A DNA stretch of 64,000 nt from NCBI GenBank assembly GCA_047601445.1, contig JASGJH010000001.1, positions 4,480,001 to 4,544,000 of the forward strand, given 5' to 3'. This stretch comes from Myxococcales bacterium. Lineage in GTDB: Bacteria; Myxococcota_A; Polyangia; Polyangiales; DASUME01. Shown here piece after piece: positions 25,905 through 36,583 of this stretch (its first letter is position 1; every line of letters begins with the position of its first letter). The translations under genes were made by a program, and so were the position numbers. The notes under the pieces were generated by a model. The model worked only from the letters and a program-made list of their open reading frames with translations, made no database searches and was not told the origin of the DNA.

Positions 25905-27524
25905 GTGCCTGCTTGCCTGGGGGTGGCGCGGTGGAGTACGCCCGACGGCGTGGGTCGTACGTGGGCATGGTTGGGAGCTGGGTTGCTCTGCTTGGGGAGC
26001 GGCTGTGAGCAGCTGAAGAACCTCAAGGGCAGCAACGCCGACGAAAGCGATTGGCCGCGCGTGGACCCCAATACGCCGGTCGTGGATCCTACCGATCTCA
26101 CGCCTGCTGGTGACGGGGTCGGCCCCAGCATCACCGTTCGGCCAGCTCCCGTCCTCGCGCCCACGGACGCCGCCACGGACGCGGCCACGGACGACACGCC
26201 GATCGAATGCGCGAGCACCGAGACGCGCTGCGACGACACCTGCGTCGACACGCAGACAACGAGCGGCCACTGCGGTGAATGCCACCACGCCTGCGCGAGC
26301 GATCAGCTCTGCGTGGCGGGCGCATGCGCCTGCACGGGCACGAAGATACTCTGCGGCGGCAAGTGCAAGGAACCCCAGGTCGGCCCCTGCGGCAGCTGCG
26401 GCGAGCTCTGCACCAAGCCTCCCGACTGCGACGATGGCTCCACGCACCAGACCGATTGGCCCACGCTCGGCGCGGACATGCTGCGCTCTGGCTACAACGC
26501 GGGCGAAAAGGGCGTGCCGCCGTTGACCGAGGGCTGGACGGCGACGCTCCTGAATACGCAGCTGAATCCAGCGATGGTCTACGGGTCGCGCGTGTTCGTG
26601 AGTGCCGACGCCTCCTTCAAGCAGACGGGGCCCGTGTATGCGCTCGATCTCGAGACGGGCGAGCCGCAGTGGACCAAGGACTTCGGCGATGTGTCCTCGG
26701 TGGGCATGCCCACGCTGGCCAACTGCAAGGTCTTCATCCAGAGCGCCAAGGGGGACCTACCGAGCAAACTGTGGGCGTTCCATGCCAACGACGGCGCGGA
26801 GCTTTGGAAACAGGATTTTCCTTCGCAGTGGGGTCACTACTGGTCACCCACGCTGTCGGCGGACGCCGTGTTCGTGGACGCCGGGAGCTTCGAGGGGTTG
26901 TACGGCTACGCGCAGGCGGACGGCGCTCTGCGCTGGGAAAACCTGGATTTGGGGCAGTACGATTCGTGGTCGGCGGCCTACTACGGAGGCGACGTGTACA
27001 GCTTCGTGGGGGGCACATTGCGGCGTCACGACGCGAAAACCGGCACCACCAAGGACAGCTTCTACGTGACCTGGAACGGGAGCTGGTCCATGAACACGAG
27101 CCCCGTGTTCTCGAGTGATGGCACCGTGTATCTGGTGGCGTCACCGCAGGTCTACGCGTTCAACGCGACGACCAAGCAGCCGCTCTGGATGGGCGGAACC
27201 AATGTGTCGGGCATGCCGGCCCTGGCCGAAGGCCTCTTGCTCGCGTTCGATAACCAGCAGCTCGTGGCCTTCGACGCCAAGACCGGCGAGAAGCAGTGGA
27301 CGGCCCTCGACACCGCGGGCCTGTGGCACCCGCCGGTGGTGGCGAATGGCTTTGCCTACGCGGCGAGCACCGGCACCACCTATGCAGTGGACTTGAAGAC
27401 GGGCGACGTAGTGTGGCACGTGGATGTGGGCGGCTGGCTCTCCATCGGCGGCGGACGCCTGTTCGTGGCGGGCGCCGATGGTGTGCTGCGGACGTATCGC
27501 TTGAGCGCCGCAGCAGGCAACTGA
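25905..27524 (+). CDS. Lipoprotein with Cys-rich module and PQQ-like (BamB-type) beta-propeller
   Basis: Lipobox GSGC, CVD.....HCG.C..AC, repeated YALD..TG...W / AFDAKTGEKQW. Start uncertain. Confidence 0.82.
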   Translation: MPACLGVARWSTPDGVGRTWAWLGAGLLCLGSGCEQLKNLKGSNADESDWPRVDPNTPVVDPTDLTPAGDGVGPSITVRPAPVLAPTDAATDAATDDTPIECASTETRCDDTCVDTQTTSGHCGECHHACASDQLCVAGACACTGTKILCGGKCKEPQVGPCGSCGELCTKPPDCDDGSTHQTDWPTLGADMLRSGYNAGEKGVPPLTEGWTATLLNTQLNPAMVYGSRVFVSADASFKQTGPVYALDLETGEPQWTKDFGDVSSVGMPTLANCKVFIQSAKGDLPSKLWAFHANDGAELWKQDFPSQWGHYWSPTLSADAVFVDAGSFEGLYGYAQADGALRWENLDLGQYDSWSAAYYGGDVYSFVGGTLRRHDAKTGTTKDSFYVTWNGSWSMNTSPVFSSDGTVYLVASPQVYAFNATTKQPLWMGGTNVSGMPALAEGLLLAFDNQQLVAFDAKTGEKQWTALDTAGLWHPPVVANGFAYAASTGTTYAVDLKTGDVVWHVDVGGWLSIGGGRLFVAGADGVLRTYRLSAAAGN

Positions 27525-27527
27525 ACG

Positions 27528-28697
27528 CTAGAACGATGCCGCCATCACGCTCGTCAAACCGAGCGATAGATACGCCGTGTCGAGGTTCGCGCCACTCGAG
27601 GCCACGCGCACGTGCTCGGTGACGAAGGGACCCGCGCCCATGACGAGAGCATCGAACAGATGGAACACGGGCACCAAGGCGGCGCTGAACTGCAGCTCGT
27701 GGGTGACCACGAAGGTATCGACGCCGCCGAACAGGTTGGAGTTGGCCACGATGTCCGGCGTGCTGTAGGCGAAGCGCACCATGCGATCGAAGCGGTAGTC
27801 GATCTCGGGCTGCAGCAAGAGTGACCAGCGGTCCTTGAGCGGGAGCTCGATGAGGCCCTGCAGGCCCGCGCCGAGCCAGTAGGGGGCCAGGCTGCCCACT
27901 TCGCGGGCGCCACCGAAAACGTGGGCGCCGAAGGCGAAGTGATCGGTGAGGAAGCGCATGTACCCTACGCTGCCGACCATGTTGGAACCCATCGCGACGT
28001 TCAGGCCGAGCACGTTCTTGCCGCGGCGTGCGAAGGCGGGCAGCACGGGCTTTTCGTCGCGCCCGTCGCGGGGCGGAGCACCGAAGGAGTAGGTCAGGTT
28101 GGGGCCGAAGTTGAGCCGCCATTCCCAAGTCTCGACCTCGGACAGCGGAGCGTAGGCAGTGAACGAGGGGCCGAAGCCGATGGCCGCGCTGGAGGACAGG
28201 TGCAGCAGGAGCTCGGTGGAGATGCCGAGAGTGGCCTGCATGAGCTTCTGCGTGATGAGGTGCGGAGGATACTGGCGGGCACCCTCATAGGGGTCAGCCA
28301 CGAGGATGCGGCGACGGCCATCGCGCACGCCGAACCAAGTCCAGATGCGCAGACTCAAGTGGCGGTTGAGGGGGATGTGACCGACGAGGTCGAGGTCGCC
28401 GCCGCCGTAGGTGGCCACGGGTTCATCGAAGAAGCCGGTGTCGCGCAGGCGGGCCATGTCGAACGTGAGGGTTCCGCCCATGGCGAAGTTGTTGCGGATG
28501 AAGTGGACCATGGTGAAGCGTCCACCCGCGTGCCAGGCCTGATGCGACTGGGTGAAGCCGCTGCCGTTCACGGAGGCGTTGAGCCCCGTCTGCACCACGG
28601 TGCGCCCCTCGGCTCCGTACTCGTTGCGCATCTGCGCGCGTGCGCCGCTGGCCAGGAAGAGGAGCGCCAACGTCAACACTCCGCACAAGCTCTTCAT
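27528..28697 (-). CDS. Exported protein, probable outer-membrane beta-barrel
   Basis: Signal peptide ...GARA, alternating amphipathic strands, terminal Phe. Confidence 0.6.
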   Translation of the reverse strand: MKSLCGVLTLALLFLASGARAQMRNEYGAEGRTVVQTGLNASVNGSGFTQSHQAWHAGGRFTMVHFIRNNFAMGGTLTFDMARLRDTGFFDEPVATYGGGDLDLVGHIPLNRHLSLRIWTWFGVRDGRRRILVADPYEGARQYPPHLITQKLMQATLGISTELLLHLSSSAAIGFGPSFTAYAPLSEVETWEWRLNFGPNLTYSFGAPPRDGRDEKPVLPAFARRGKNVLGLNVAMGSNMVGSVGYMRFLTDHFAFGAHVFGGAREVGSLAPYWLGAGLQGLIELPLKDRWSLLLQPEIDYRFDRMVRFAYSTPDIVANSNLFGGVDTFVVTHELQFSAALVPVFHLFDALVMGAGPFVTEHVRVASSGANLDTAYLSLGLTSVMAASF

Positions 28698-28813
28698 CGG
28701 CGCTGACGCTAGCACGCGAGGGTGCGGTGCTCGGTCGGCCGCGGGCCAGGAAAGCTCGATCACCCCGACCTTGGCGGGCTGTTTGCGGCAAGCGCGCGGA
28801 AGCTTCGGTTAGC

Positions 28814-29485
28814 ATGGCTGGCATGGTGGGATTTCGACGCGGGCACGGTGAATGTCGGGCGCTCTCGAAGGTGCTGCTGCTCGCGGCGCTCGGAGCGCTG
28901 CTCGCATGCGATCCAACCGAGCCTCCTGCCTCCTGGATCGTCGCGCACGACTCGGACGCGGGCAACGAGGGCGCGGATGCAGGCCGGGATGGCGCGGCCA
29001 ACCCACCAGGCGATGACCCGGACGAAGTGGACCCCGACCCCATCCTGTGCGGGGGCGCCTACAAGGACCCGTGTGCCGAGGGCAAGTACTGCGACTGGAC
29101 CGACGGCTGCGGCACCGCAGGCAACTGCTTCACGCGCGATGGCTGCGATTTGGGCGGCGATCACGTGATCTGCGGCTGCGACGGCAAGACGTACATGGAT
29201 GATTGCGTGGCGTACCAGCAGGGGGTCTCGATGGCCCACGAGGGGCCCTGCCTCGACAAGGCTCGCCAGTTCAGCTGCGGTCGCTTTACCTGCGACAACG
29301 GGAGCTACTGCTTGGACCTGAGCTCCGCGCATGACGAGCGCAGCCAGGAGCGCTTCGTGTGCCTGCCGCTGCCGACGGGCTGCAGTCCCGACAAGTGCGA
29401 CTGCAAACAGAAGCTCGACGGCGCTTGCTACGTGAGCTCGACGTGCTCGGTGGAGGGGAATCACCTGGTGGTGACGTGCAAGTGA
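28814..29485 (+). CDS. Cys-rich lipoprotein with Kazal-like motif
   Basis: Lipobox LLAC; ICGCDGKTY...C.A...GVS..HEGPC. Confidence 0.75.
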   Translation: MAGMVGFRRGHGECRALSKVLLLAALGALLACDPTEPPASWIVAHDSDAGNEGADAGRDGAANPPGDDPDEVDPDPILCGGAYKDPCAEGKYCDWTDGCGTAGNCFTRDGCDLGGDHVICGCDGKTYMDDCVAYQQGVSMAHEGPCLDKARQFSCGRFTCDNGSYCLDLSSAHDERSQERFVCLPLPTGCSPDKCDCKQKLDGACYVSSTCSVEGNHLVVTCK

Positions 29486-29532
29486 AGCGGCCTTACCCGG
29501 GGCCGATGGAATAGGCGCGCGGGCAGGGGCTG

Positions 29533-30138
29533 TTGGCGCGCGTGATTCGACGCCTCGTGAGCCTGCTGATGGTCTCGGTGTTCGTGGCGGGCCTGGCTTC
29601 GCCCGCGCGAGCCGAGGCGCCCGTGCAGGAGCCGCCCAAGGTGGAGCTCGAGCTGCGCACACCGGGCCCCGAGTACAAGGTGTGGATGCGCGGGAGGGGG
29701 CAACGTTCCCCCGTGGCGCTATGCGCGGGCGCGTGCACCGAGCTGGTGACGCCCGGCGAGTACCACTTTGCGTTGAGCTACGCGGACCGACCGCCACGTG
29801 AGGATCCGTGGTGGCTCTCCATTCGGGAGAACGTGGCCCTCGAGGGAAGCTATCGGAGCCGCCGCACGCTGCGCATGGCGGGTGGTGGCCTCATCCTGCT
29901 CGGTGTGGTGGGCATGTTCGCCACCATGAGGGCCGTGCACTCGCTGGACAAGACCGAGTGTGACTCCGAGTACGATGGGGACTGTCCCGACAACGAGGCG
30001 ACCTTCCCTAACTCGGACCGCATTCCACGCGTCATGGCCGGCGGATTGATTTCGTCGGGCCTGGTGATGCTCGCGGGGCTGGCCATGACCCTGCTGCGAG
30101 ACCGCGCGCGCTTCCAGGCCTTCACGCGCAAGAGGTAG
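29533..30138 (+). CDS. Hypothetical exported or membrane protein
   Basis: Signal peptide ...PARA and two C-terminal hydrophobic segments. Confidence 0.6.
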   Translation: MARVIRRLVSLLMVSVFVAGLASPARAEAPVQEPPKVELELRTPGPEYKVWMRGRGQRSPVALCAGACTELVTPGEYHFALSYADRPPREDPWWLSIRENVALEGSYRSRRTLRMAGGGLILLGVVGMFATMRAVHSLDKTECDSEYDGDCPDNEATFPNSDRIPRVMAGGLISSGLVMLAGLAMTLLRDRARFQAFTRKR

Positions 30139-30240
30139 GGTAGGCCGCGAGACGAGCCCGTAAACACGCGGAAAAGCCGGGCCCCGCGACTGCCCTCTCC
30201 CCGGGCGGGCAGGGGCACGGTATCCTCGGACTCGCCCTCG

Positions 30241-32511
30241 ATGAATATCGCCTCGCGCCTGCTCCTGGTGTGGCTCCTCCTGATCGCCCAAGCCGCCTTT
30301 GCCCAGGAGGCCGCCCGCAAAGCGCCCGCGGCTGCCTGGGTGCAGCCCATGGCGGTGCCCCGCGTGACCGGCGCCACGGAGGGCGACACCGAAGATCTGC
30401 TCGATGACTCGCAGCTCCTGGTGGAGGCCGGCCACCACACTAGCTACCGGCATGTCGCCTATGCGGTGCGCTCCGCGGCCGGAGTCCACAACCGTTCCGA
30501 ACTGACCATCGCGCGCGACTCCGACGAGCAAGTCACATGGCACTTCATCCGTCGCCACCGTGGCGGCGAAGTGGTGGACTTGCTGCCCAAGCTCGACATC
30601 AAGGTGATCCAGCCGGAGAGCGACCTCGACAACGGGCTGTACGACGAGTCCAAGCGCGAGGTGGCGTTCCTGGAGGACGTGCGCGTGGGGGATGTCATCG
30701 AGTACGCCTTCTCGCGACACACCAGCGACAGCGTCACCGGCGGCGCGTTTGCGGCTCGCTATTGGCTCGGTCGCAATGAGCCCATTGCGCGCTTCCACGT
30801 GAAGGTCTCCTGGCCCAAGGAGCGCACCATGCAGGTGCGTGAGTTTGGCGCCAACGTCGAGCGCACCGACGACGGCATCCGCTATCTCAAGGACAACGTC
30901 CAGGGCTACGAGGCGCAATCGCGGGAGCCCTTGTGGTTCGAGGGCATGGCCCGCATGGAGATCAGCGAGTTCGCGAGCTGGGAATCCGTGGTGAAGTGGG
31001 CGCTACCCAACTTCACGCTGGCCTCGGTGGATCCGAGTTTGGTGGCCCAGGCGGACGCCCTCCGCAAGCAGGCCCGAAGCCTCCCGGGGGCTGGTACGCC
31101 CGAAGAGCTGGCCGGGCTCGCCGTGCGCTTCGTGCAAGATGACGTGCGCTATCTCGGCTTCGAGGCCGGCGCTCAAGGGGTGGTGCCCCACCCGCCGGCG
31201 CAAGTGCTGGCCCAGCGCTTCGGAGATTGCAAAGACAAGACCTTCCTGTTGGTCACGCTGCTGCAGCAACTCGGCATCCAGGCGGCGCCCGCCCTGGTGA
31301 ACACCAAGTGGGGTCGGGGCATCGCCGATTCGTTGCCGAGCCCGTGGTCGTTCGACCACGCCGTGGTGTGGCTCAAGCTCGCTGGGCGCGAGGTGTGGGT
31401 CGATGCCACGCAGAGCTACCAGCGCGGTCCGGTGAGCTCGCTACCGAGTCTCCCCTATGGCAAAGCGCTGGTGTTGCGCGACGGCGAGCGCGTCTTGCGC
31501 GACGTGCCGGTGCAGATCCCCAAGGAGCCGCAGGTGTTCGTGCGGGAGCGCTTCTGGCTCGAGAACGACGCGTCCTCGCTGCTGGAGGTGCACACGGTGT
31601 ACTCGGGTTCCGAGGCGAACGACATCCGCGCGCGCTTCGCTCACGAGAAGAAAGAGGATCTCCAGAAGGGCTACCTGGACTTCTACGGCAAGAACTACGG
31701 CGCCATCGAGGTGGCGTTCCCGCTGAGTATCCAGGACGACCAGGAGAAGAACCAGATCACGGTGAGAGAGCAGTATCGGCTGACCGAAGTTGGTGCGAAG
31801 GGACAATACGTGGCGGCGGCCTGGACCTTGTTCGAGCACCTCGCGTTGCCCGAGGCCTCACGCAGTGAGAGCCCTTTTGCCCTCGCGCACCCGGTGCGTG
31901 CGCGGCACGTGCTGGAGATCCAGGACTTGGCCAAGAGCGAGTTCTGGGAGGACAGCGAAGACGTGTACAACCCTGCCTTCCGCTACCAGTACCGGGCCGA
32001 GCAGAGCGGTAGCGAGCTCACGGTGAGCCACGACTTCGTCTCCAACGCCGACCATGTGCTGCCCAAGGACATGGCCAAGTACGTGAAGGACGCCAAGAAG
32101 ATCCGCGACTGGCTCGAGACCAGCTACGAGACCGCCAGCCACAAACAGACCGCTCAAGAGAAGGAAGAGTCGCTGTACGCTGCGCTCGGCCTGGTGCTGG
32201 GGAGCCTGGGCCTGTTCGGCGGACTGGCCATCCGCAGGCATCTCAAGGCGCGACGCGAGAAGCAACGACGCAAGCTGAGGGTCGTGTACGAACCCGGCGA
32301 GACGCCCGAGACGGCGATCAGCGTGGCGGAGCTCTCGCAGGTGTCGCGCACGCTCGGGCGCATCAAGTGCTGCGATGCGCCGCTGTTCCCGGGCGAACTG
32401 CCCGACCCGAGCCGGGTGCGCTACGGCGGCGGCGAGCTCAGGGTCTACAAGCAGGCCTGCCCGCGCTGTGGCAAGGGCAAGGCGCGCTACTTCTCGCTAT
32501 CGGACGGTTGA
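30241..32511 (+). CDS. DUF3857 / transglutaminase-like protein with C-terminal TM and Zn-ribbon-like tail
   Basis: V.VGDVIEY, FVQDDVRY, GDCKDK (Cys), FDHAV, VDAT; TM segment then KCCD...CPRCG. Confidence 0.88.
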   Translation: MNIASRLLLVWLLLIAQAAFAQEAARKAPAAAWVQPMAVPRVTGATEGDTEDLLDDSQLLVEAGHHTSYRHVAYAVRSAAGVHNRSELTIARDSDEQVTWHFIRRHRGGEVVDLLPKLDIKVIQPESDLDNGLYDESKREVAFLEDVRVGDVIEYAFSRHTSDSVTGGAFAARYWLGRNEPIARFHVKVSWPKERTMQVREFGANVERTDDGIRYLKDNVQGYEAQSREPLWFEGMARMEISEFASWESVVKWALPNFTLASVDPSLVAQADALRKQARSLPGAGTPEELAGLAVRFVQDDVRYLGFEAGAQGVVPHPPAQVLAQRFGDCKDKTFLLVTLLQQLGIQAAPALVNTKWGRGIADSLPSPWSFDHAVVWLKLAGREVWVDATQSYQRGPVSSLPSLPYGKALVLRDGERVLRDVPVQIPKEPQVFVRERFWLENDASSLLEVHTVYSGSEANDIRARFAHEKKEDLQKGYLDFYGKNYGAIEVAFPLSIQDDQEKNQITVREQYRLTEVGAKGQYVAAAWTLFEHLALPEASRSESPFALAHPVRARHVLEIQDLAKSEFWEDSEDVYNPAFRYQYRAEQSGSELTVSHDFVSNADHVLPKDMAKYVKDAKKIRDWLETSYETASHKQTAQEKEESLYAALGLVLGSLGLFGGLAIRRHLKARREKQRRKLRVVYEPGETPETAISVAELSQVSRTLGRIKCCDAPLFPGELPDPSRVRYGGGELRVYKQACPRCGKGKARYFSLSDG

Positions 32512-32718
32512 GGATGGAAACGGCGCATAGCTCGGTCTTGCAACTGGAGCGACGCCGACATAGCCGATGCGGGTAGCTCGGAGGCGAAGCACCGAAAGCG
32601 CTGCGCGCCAAATCGCCCCACTCGCGTGAAAAGCCGATGGTCGTGCCGGAGCGCCTTCCTTGTGCGACGTGCCCCTTCTTGTGCCGCCTTCGCGTTCTCC
32701 CCTACGATCACCCCCCTC

Positions 32719-34461
32719 ATGTCGCGCCGCATTGTGTTGCTCCTGTGCCTCGCCCTCTCCTTCTCCATGCTCGCTGCTTGCTCCGAGGACAGCGCCTCCC
32801 ACGGTAGCGATTTACCGGATGCGGTGAGCATCGAGATCGACGAGAAGGGCGGCACGCTGGTGGCCAAGGGCGTGACCCTGGTGATCCCCGAGGGCGCGCT
32901 CGACAAGAAGACGATGATCTCCGCCAAGAAGCTCGACGAAGCCATGGTGGCGGAGAGCACCAAGGACGTGCAGGCGGTGCAGGTGTCGCCGGTGTACGAG
33001 TTCGGGCCGAAGGGGCTCGCGTTCAAGAAGGAGATCGACGTCAAGTTCGACACCGAGAAACCCGAGCCGGCCGCCAAGGTGTACTTCACCAAGCAGGGCT
33101 CGGACGACAAGGAGTTCGAGCAGCTCGCCACGGTGGTCGACCAGAAGGCGGTGTCCGCCAAGGTGAAGCACTTCAGCCTGGGCTTCGCGGGTGTGCCCTT
33201 GGACGGCCCGGGTCTCGACGGCGGTGTGGGAGGCGGACCCGATGCGTCACTGGGCGATAGCGGCGCTGGTGTGCTCGATGGCGCAGCAGGCGACGGTGGG
33301 CTCGACACGGGACCGCGCACCGTGGTGGTGACGAGCAAGGATCCCTGGGGCGTGCTGGCGAACCAGACCTGGGCGGCGTTTCAAGATGGCGATGGCGCAT
33401 GGACCCGCTTGGCGCCCGCCGGAGTCGGCACCTACAGCTTCGTGGTCTCGTCGGGTCGCTATGGCTTCGCCTATGTGTGCGGCAACGGCAGCAACTCGGA
33501 CGGACAGCTGCTGTTCGCGCCGAGCACGCACGATGCACTGAACATCCAGCTGAATGGGCTGTGTGCCACCAATCCTCCTGGCGCCATCTTGAGCGGCAAC
33601 ATCACGGCACCCGATTCGGGCGACGTGGACTATGCGCACCGCTTTACCAGCGGCTCGATCCCGGTGCTCAGCTTCATGCCCACCAACTACAACATCGGGG
33701 CGCTCTACACGGGCTTCGATACCGACATCGTGTTGGGTCTGCGCGTCGGGGGCGCCATCACCAAGTTCGACACCCTCCGCAGCTACGTGCCCAGCACCTT
33801 CGATTCGCGCGACATCGACCTGACCACCACGGGCATGGCGCCCGAGCTGCACAACGTGACCTTGCAAGGCAACGCCAGCGCGTACCTCGATGTGTCCCTG
33901 CGCCCCAAGGGAGTCGGGGCCGGCCTATCGGTCATCGGCACCACGAGCTCCGATGGCGCGGGCGGGCTCACGGCCCAGTACGCCAAGCTGCCCACCGGCC
34001 TGGCCCGCACGGACGACCACTACGACGCCTTTGCCGCTCTCACCGAGGGCTCCGACTACCGCGAGGTGAGTCTCAGCGTCGTGGACCCGGACGCGCTCGT
34101 GATCCAGCTGCCCGCCGTGTTCGCACCCACCGACCTGAGCCAGGGTGGGTCCGGCTACTTTGGCCCCACCATGAGCTTCGACGACGTGCCGAACGCCACG
34201 GCCTACTCCATGTGCATCTTCTTCAACACGGGTACCTTCACCATGACCACGGAGGTGGGCTGGTTCGGCGACGCGGCGAGCAGCCACCGCATCCTCTTCC
34301 CCGACCTGACCGGCGTGGACATGTTCGACCCGGCCTGGGTCCCCGCCAGCGATGCCACGCCGGTGGACGTGACGGGCGGCGTGATCTCCGTTTCGGGACC
34401 TGCCCAGTCGTCGACGCGCACCTACGCGACCCACAACAGCACGTTCACCATCGCTCCCTGA
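32719..34461 (+). CDS. Lipoprotein with ZU5-like N-terminal domain
   Basis: Lipobox LAAC; GGTL...V.L.IPEGAL, SPVYEFGPKGL.F, V.HFS. Confidence 0.75.
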   Translation: MSRRIVLLLCLALSFSMLAACSEDSASHGSDLPDAVSIEIDEKGGTLVAKGVTLVIPEGALDKKTMISAKKLDEAMVAESTKDVQAVQVSPVYEFGPKGLAFKKEIDVKFDTEKPEPAAKVYFTKQGSDDKEFEQLATVVDQKAVSAKVKHFSLGFAGVPLDGPGLDGGVGGGPDASLGDSGAGVLDGAAGDGGLDTGPRTVVVTSKDPWGVLANQTWAAFQDGDGAWTRLAPAGVGTYSFVVSSGRYGFAYVCGNGSNSDGQLLFAPSTHDALNIQLNGLCATNPPGAILSGNITAPDSGDVDYAHRFTSGSIPVLSFMPTNYNIGALYTGFDTDIVLGLRVGGAITKFDTLRSYVPSTFDSRDIDLTTTGMAPELHNVTLQGNASAYLDVSLRPKGVGAGLSVIGTTSSDGAGGLTAQYAKLPTGLARTDDHYDAFAALTEGSDYREVSLSVVDPDALVIQLPAVFAPTDLSQGGSGYFGPTMSFDDVPNATAYSMCIFFNTGTFTMTTEVGWFGDAASSHRILFPDLTGVDMFDPAWVPASDATPVDVTGGVISVSGPAQSSTRTYATHNSTFTIAP

Positions 34462-34597
34462 AAAGCCGGGAAGAGATCCTCTAAGTCCCCGAGATGAATG
34501 GAAAGAGCTCGAGAGCTCCGGTACGTGTCGAGTCTCGGAAAGTGAGGACCTCCACCGTTTGGCTCAAAGGAGCGAGCCCGATGGCGCATGAAGAGAG

Positions 34598-36355
34598 GTG
34601 GAGTTCACGTCCTTCTTCAAGTCTCTGCGGTTGCCCTCGCCCGTCGGATTCGGCGCGTGCTTCCTTGTAGTGTGCGGCTGCACCCCGCACGCTGCCTCTG
34701 CCCCTTCGTCCATGGAGCCTCGTGCTGACCCGGAGGCGGACGAAGGCGGCGGAGAGCCATCGCAGGACGATGCGAGTGTTCAGGCGACACCGAGTGACGC
34801 CAGTTTTGACTCTGGCGATGCCGACGCCGAGTCCGACTGGCCGGACGCGGGGGATGCAGGGCTCGGGGTCGTGAAAGGTGACGAGCTTACCATCCAGCTC
34901 AGGCCGGGTGTCGTGCACGGTCAACGCGTGGGCAATACACGGCAGTTCCTCGGCATCCCCTATGCCGCACCACCCGTGGGCGAACTGCGTTTTCAGGCAC
35001 CGCGTCCAAGAGAGCCTTGGTCCGATGTGTTCGATGCAACGAGGCCCGGCCCCATGTGCATGCAGAGCGGACCCTCGTTTGGGCGCGAAACATCCGAGGA
35101 CTGCCTCAGCTTGAACGTTTACGCACCTCGCGCGGACTCGAGCGTCAATCGACCTGTGATGGTGTTCATCCATGGTGGCGGATTCTTGACCGGGGCCGGT
35201 AGTGAATATGACGGGAGCACATTGAGTGAAGCCGGTGGCGTGATTGTCGTGACGCTCAACTATCGGCTCGGTGCGCTCGGGTTCCTTCATCATGCGGCGC
35301 TCGACGTGGCTGCTCTTGGGCCCCACACCAATCAGGGGCTTCGCGACCAGCAGCAGGCACTCCGGTGGGTGCACGACAACATCGTTGCATTTGGCGGCGA
35401 TCCGCAGCAGGTCACGCTATTCGGAGAGTCCGCTGGTGCAATCAGCACCTGCGCGCACCTCGTTGCGAAGGGCAGTGACGGCTTTGCTGACCGCTTCATC
35501 ATGGAGAGCGGGAACTGCGCGTACGGGCCACTGGCCCTGCAAACGAAGGACTATGCGATCGATGTGGGCAACAAGGTTGCGGCAGCGCTGTGCCCAGGGA
35601 AGGACGATGTCCTCGCGTGCCTACGCACGTTGTCTTCGGACCAAATCGCCGCGCAAGCCATCGAGACGACCGACCCCGCGGTCGATGGCTACTACCCGTT
35701 TGTGGATGGCGACCTCTTCGCTTTGGCACCCAGCGAAGCTTTCAAGAAGGGAGCGTTTCTGCGGGGGGACGTGATGATGGGAAGCAATCACGCCGAGTGG
35801 CTCTTGATGCAGACGCTCGGACAGACCACTTCGCCGTTGAATCGAACAGACCTGCGCAACCGAATCACGCAGTATTTCTCCACCGACCAAGCCGCTCAAA
35901 TCCAGGCACACTACGTGCCGGTGTCCGATGCCGAGGCGGGTGATGCCTTCCTGCGGCTGATGACCGACGCCTATTTTCGTTGCCCCGCTCGTACCCTGAT
36001 GCGCGCCATGGTCTCGCACGGACGTAAGGGGTACCTCTACGATTTTCAGGTTGAACCAGCCGCGCACGCGCTCGAGGTTGACTACCTGTTCAACATGACC
36101 GCCGTCTCATGGCTCTTTCCGTTCAGTGCGCCCATCCCGCCCACCGCCAGCGTCGTGAGGGCGATGCAGCACTATTGGACTGGGTTTGCTGAAGATGGAA
36201 ACCCGCATCCCGCAGGGTTGCCTGCCTGGCCCGGCTACGATCAGGACTCCGACCAGAACCTGGTGCTTGCCGACACGATCTCCACGAACTCAGGTCTGGC
36301 GCGTGCTGACTGTGACTTCTGGGCGAAGCTTTGGGGCGCGGCTTCTGGTCCCTGA
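34598..36355 (+). CDS. Type-B carboxylesterase/lipase, exported
   Basis: FLGIPYAAPPVGELRF, SEDCL.LNV, FIHGGGF, NYRLG, FGGDP..VTLFGESAG. Confidence 0.93.
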   Translation: MEFTSFFKSLRLPSPVGFGACFLVVCGCTPHAASAPSSMEPRADPEADEGGGEPSQDDASVQATPSDASFDSGDADAESDWPDAGDAGLGVVKGDELTIQLRPGVVHGQRVGNTRQFLGIPYAAPPVGELRFQAPRPREPWSDVFDATRPGPMCMQSGPSFGRETSEDCLSLNVYAPRADSSVNRPVMVFIHGGGFLTGAGSEYDGSTLSEAGGVIVVTLNYRLGALGFLHHAALDVAALGPHTNQGLRDQQQALRWVHDNIVAFGGDPQQVTLFGESAGAISTCAHLVAKGSDGFADRFIMESGNCAYGPLALQTKDYAIDVGNKVAAALCPGKDDVLACLRTLSSDQIAAQAIETTDPAVDGYYPFVDGDLFALAPSEAFKKGAFLRGDVMMGSNHAEWLLMQTLGQTTSPLNRTDLRNRITQYFSTDQAAQIQAHYVPVSDAEAGDAFLRLMTDAYFRCPARTLMRAMVSHGRKGYLYDFQVEPAAHALEVDYLFNMTAVSWLFPFSAPIPPTASVVRAMQHYWTGFAEDGNPHPAGLPAWPGYDQDSDQNLVLADTISTNSGLARADCDFWAKLWGAASGP

Positions 36356-36583
36356 GATCGGCGAATAGGAGATCCGTGCTTTGCGTTCCAGCATCGAAAG
36401 GGCGCGGAGCTCCGATGGGCCGCGTCCCTCCGAGTTGCTCTCACTTGGGCTGTGGCCGTGCAGGGGGGCCTGCACGTTCGCCTCACGGCAGTCGCAGGCC
36501 CGGGGCGCTGTCTCGCCATCCGTGGTGGCTCTGGTAGCTCCTCGCGAGGGCCACGCTGGGCGGCCCTCACGGGCGCTCATCGC